64,000 bases of DNA from a candidate division Zixibacteria bacterium RBG_16_53_22 (lineage in GTDB: Bacteria; Zixibacteria; MSB-5A5; UBA10806). Under the pieces are notes generated by a model. The model was not told where the DNA came from. It saw nothing but the letters and a program-made list of their open reading frames with translations, and searched no databases. The position numbers were made by a program, and so were the translations under genes. Where the stretch lies: contig MEWP01000063.1 in assembly GCA_001775395.1 (NCBI GenBank), positions 2,086 to 66,085 of the forward strand, in the 5' to 3' direction. Positions 63,231 through 64,000 of the stretch are shown one piece after another; position 1 is the stretch's first letter; each line of letters opens with the position of its first letter.

Positions 63231-63259
63231 AGGCCCCAGCTAATAACTGGGGCCTTTTT
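63231..63259 (+). terminator. intrinsic terminator ending the late operon
   Basis: AGGCCCCAG-CTAATAA-CTGGGGCCT plus T-run at the convergent junction. Confidence 0.75.
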
Positions 63260-64000
63260 AATATAATGACACCTGAAATGGTCTATCCAAGGCACTGACT
63301 GTACGCGGACTTAGCCATACAGACTCAATACGTGTCCCCTTGTTGGCTTTAGCTTTACGGTCGAAGCGCACGAAGCCATGGGCCTCATACAAGGCAGTGT
63401 ACAAGTCACATGCATAACCGCTGACCAAAACATAACTGTCACAGTTACACAATGTCTCAGCGGCTTTGATATGGTCATCGTCAGACCACTCAACAGCATA
63501 CAAATTGTCAAATGTTCGGCCACTCTTCATGTAAGGCGGATCGAGGTAAAGAAGGTTGTTAGGATGATCATACATAGCCACTATATCGCAATAATCCTGA
63601 CACTCTATTTGGACTCCCTTAAACCTATCTGATATTAGTCTCAGGTAGCTAACGTCCATATTTACCAGACAAGCTGGATTTCCTGGGGCATGATCTACAT
63701 TTCTGGTCATTACCATACCAGACACGGTATAGGCCATGTGGGTGATAGCCATGCAACAACCAACCCAAAATCGTCTAGCGCGTTCTACGTCATCATCTGT
63801 TTCTACACGGTGCAGCTCATACTCTATCCGCGACCATGGCGTCAGATTTATTTTATGTATCAATTCATCGGGCTGATCGCGTAAGACCCGGAAGAAGTTA
63901 ACAACGTTACGGTCGATGTCGTTGTACGTTTCTAGCCTGGAGCGGGGTTTCCGAATCAAGACGCTGGCGGCCCCGCCGCATAGATCAACATAGTTATAAT
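63258..64000 (-). CDS. DNA adenine methyltransferase (Dam/D12 class), 5' end outside the window
   Basis: YVDLCGGAASV motif I at the edge; ETYND; LYLDPPY; VLVSGY. Confidence 0.85.
   Translation of the reverse strand, partial: YNYVDLCGGAASVLIRKPRSRLETYNDIDRNVVNFFRVLRDQPDELIHKINLTPWSRIEYELHRVETDDDVERARRFWVGCCMAITHMAYTVSGMVMTRNVDHAPGNPACLVNMDVSYLRLISDRFKGVQIECQDYCDIVAMYDHPNNLLYLDPPYMKSGRTFDNLYAVEWSDDDHIKAAETLCNCDSYVLVSGYACDLYTALYEAHGFVRFDRKAKANKGTRIESVWLSPRTVSALDRPFQVSLY

Noticed and set aside
1-64000. Stop-codon reassignment
   Set aside because: Core genes are full length under code 11, and all three stop codons end genes at tight junctions
63258-64000. Dam-like methyltransferase as part of a restriction-modification system or of the glycan system
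   Set aside because: Orphan adenine methyltransferases are common in phages; it lies on the opposite strand beyond the late terminator and no cognate nuclease is visible

Overview
The window is about 64 kb of a long-tailed dsDNA bacteriophage (siphovirus-like, with a Mu-like head module). No host genes, integrase, rRNA, tRNA or CRISPR array are visible. Bases 1-13644 hold leftward, mostly small early/accessory genes: RecU, an HNH protein, a LexA-like wHTH protein, an FtsK/TraB-like ATPase with membrane partners, DUF2227 and DUF551. They surround an ~800-bp non-coding region with GAAC-N4-GTTC SOS-type boxes. A divergent promoter pair at ~13670-13765 starts a rightward late region (13770-63185) encoding terminase, portal, protease/scaffold, decoration protein, capsid, neck, tail tube, frameshifting tail chaperones, a 2584-aa tape measure, and Dit- and Tal-like proteins. 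A Dam-like methyltransferase runs off the right edge. The strongest candidate new system is a virion 'mucin/glycan coat': two tail-region proteins with very long poly-serine tracts, encoded among four glycosyltransferase genes (about 8 domains), with about 7 SAM methyltransferases and a sulfatase-fold enzyme inside the structural operon. Other oddities are a portal fused to a TM + HExxH peptidase cargo, a recurrent GGAGAGCCA leader motif with an exact antisense copy in the last late 3' UTR plus a Com-like zinc finger, a duplicated terminase N-terminus, a phage sortase, and a TraB/Spd-like module. A Chloroflexota or other monoderm host is inferred, not shown. All family calls come from motif recognition by eye; no searches were run.
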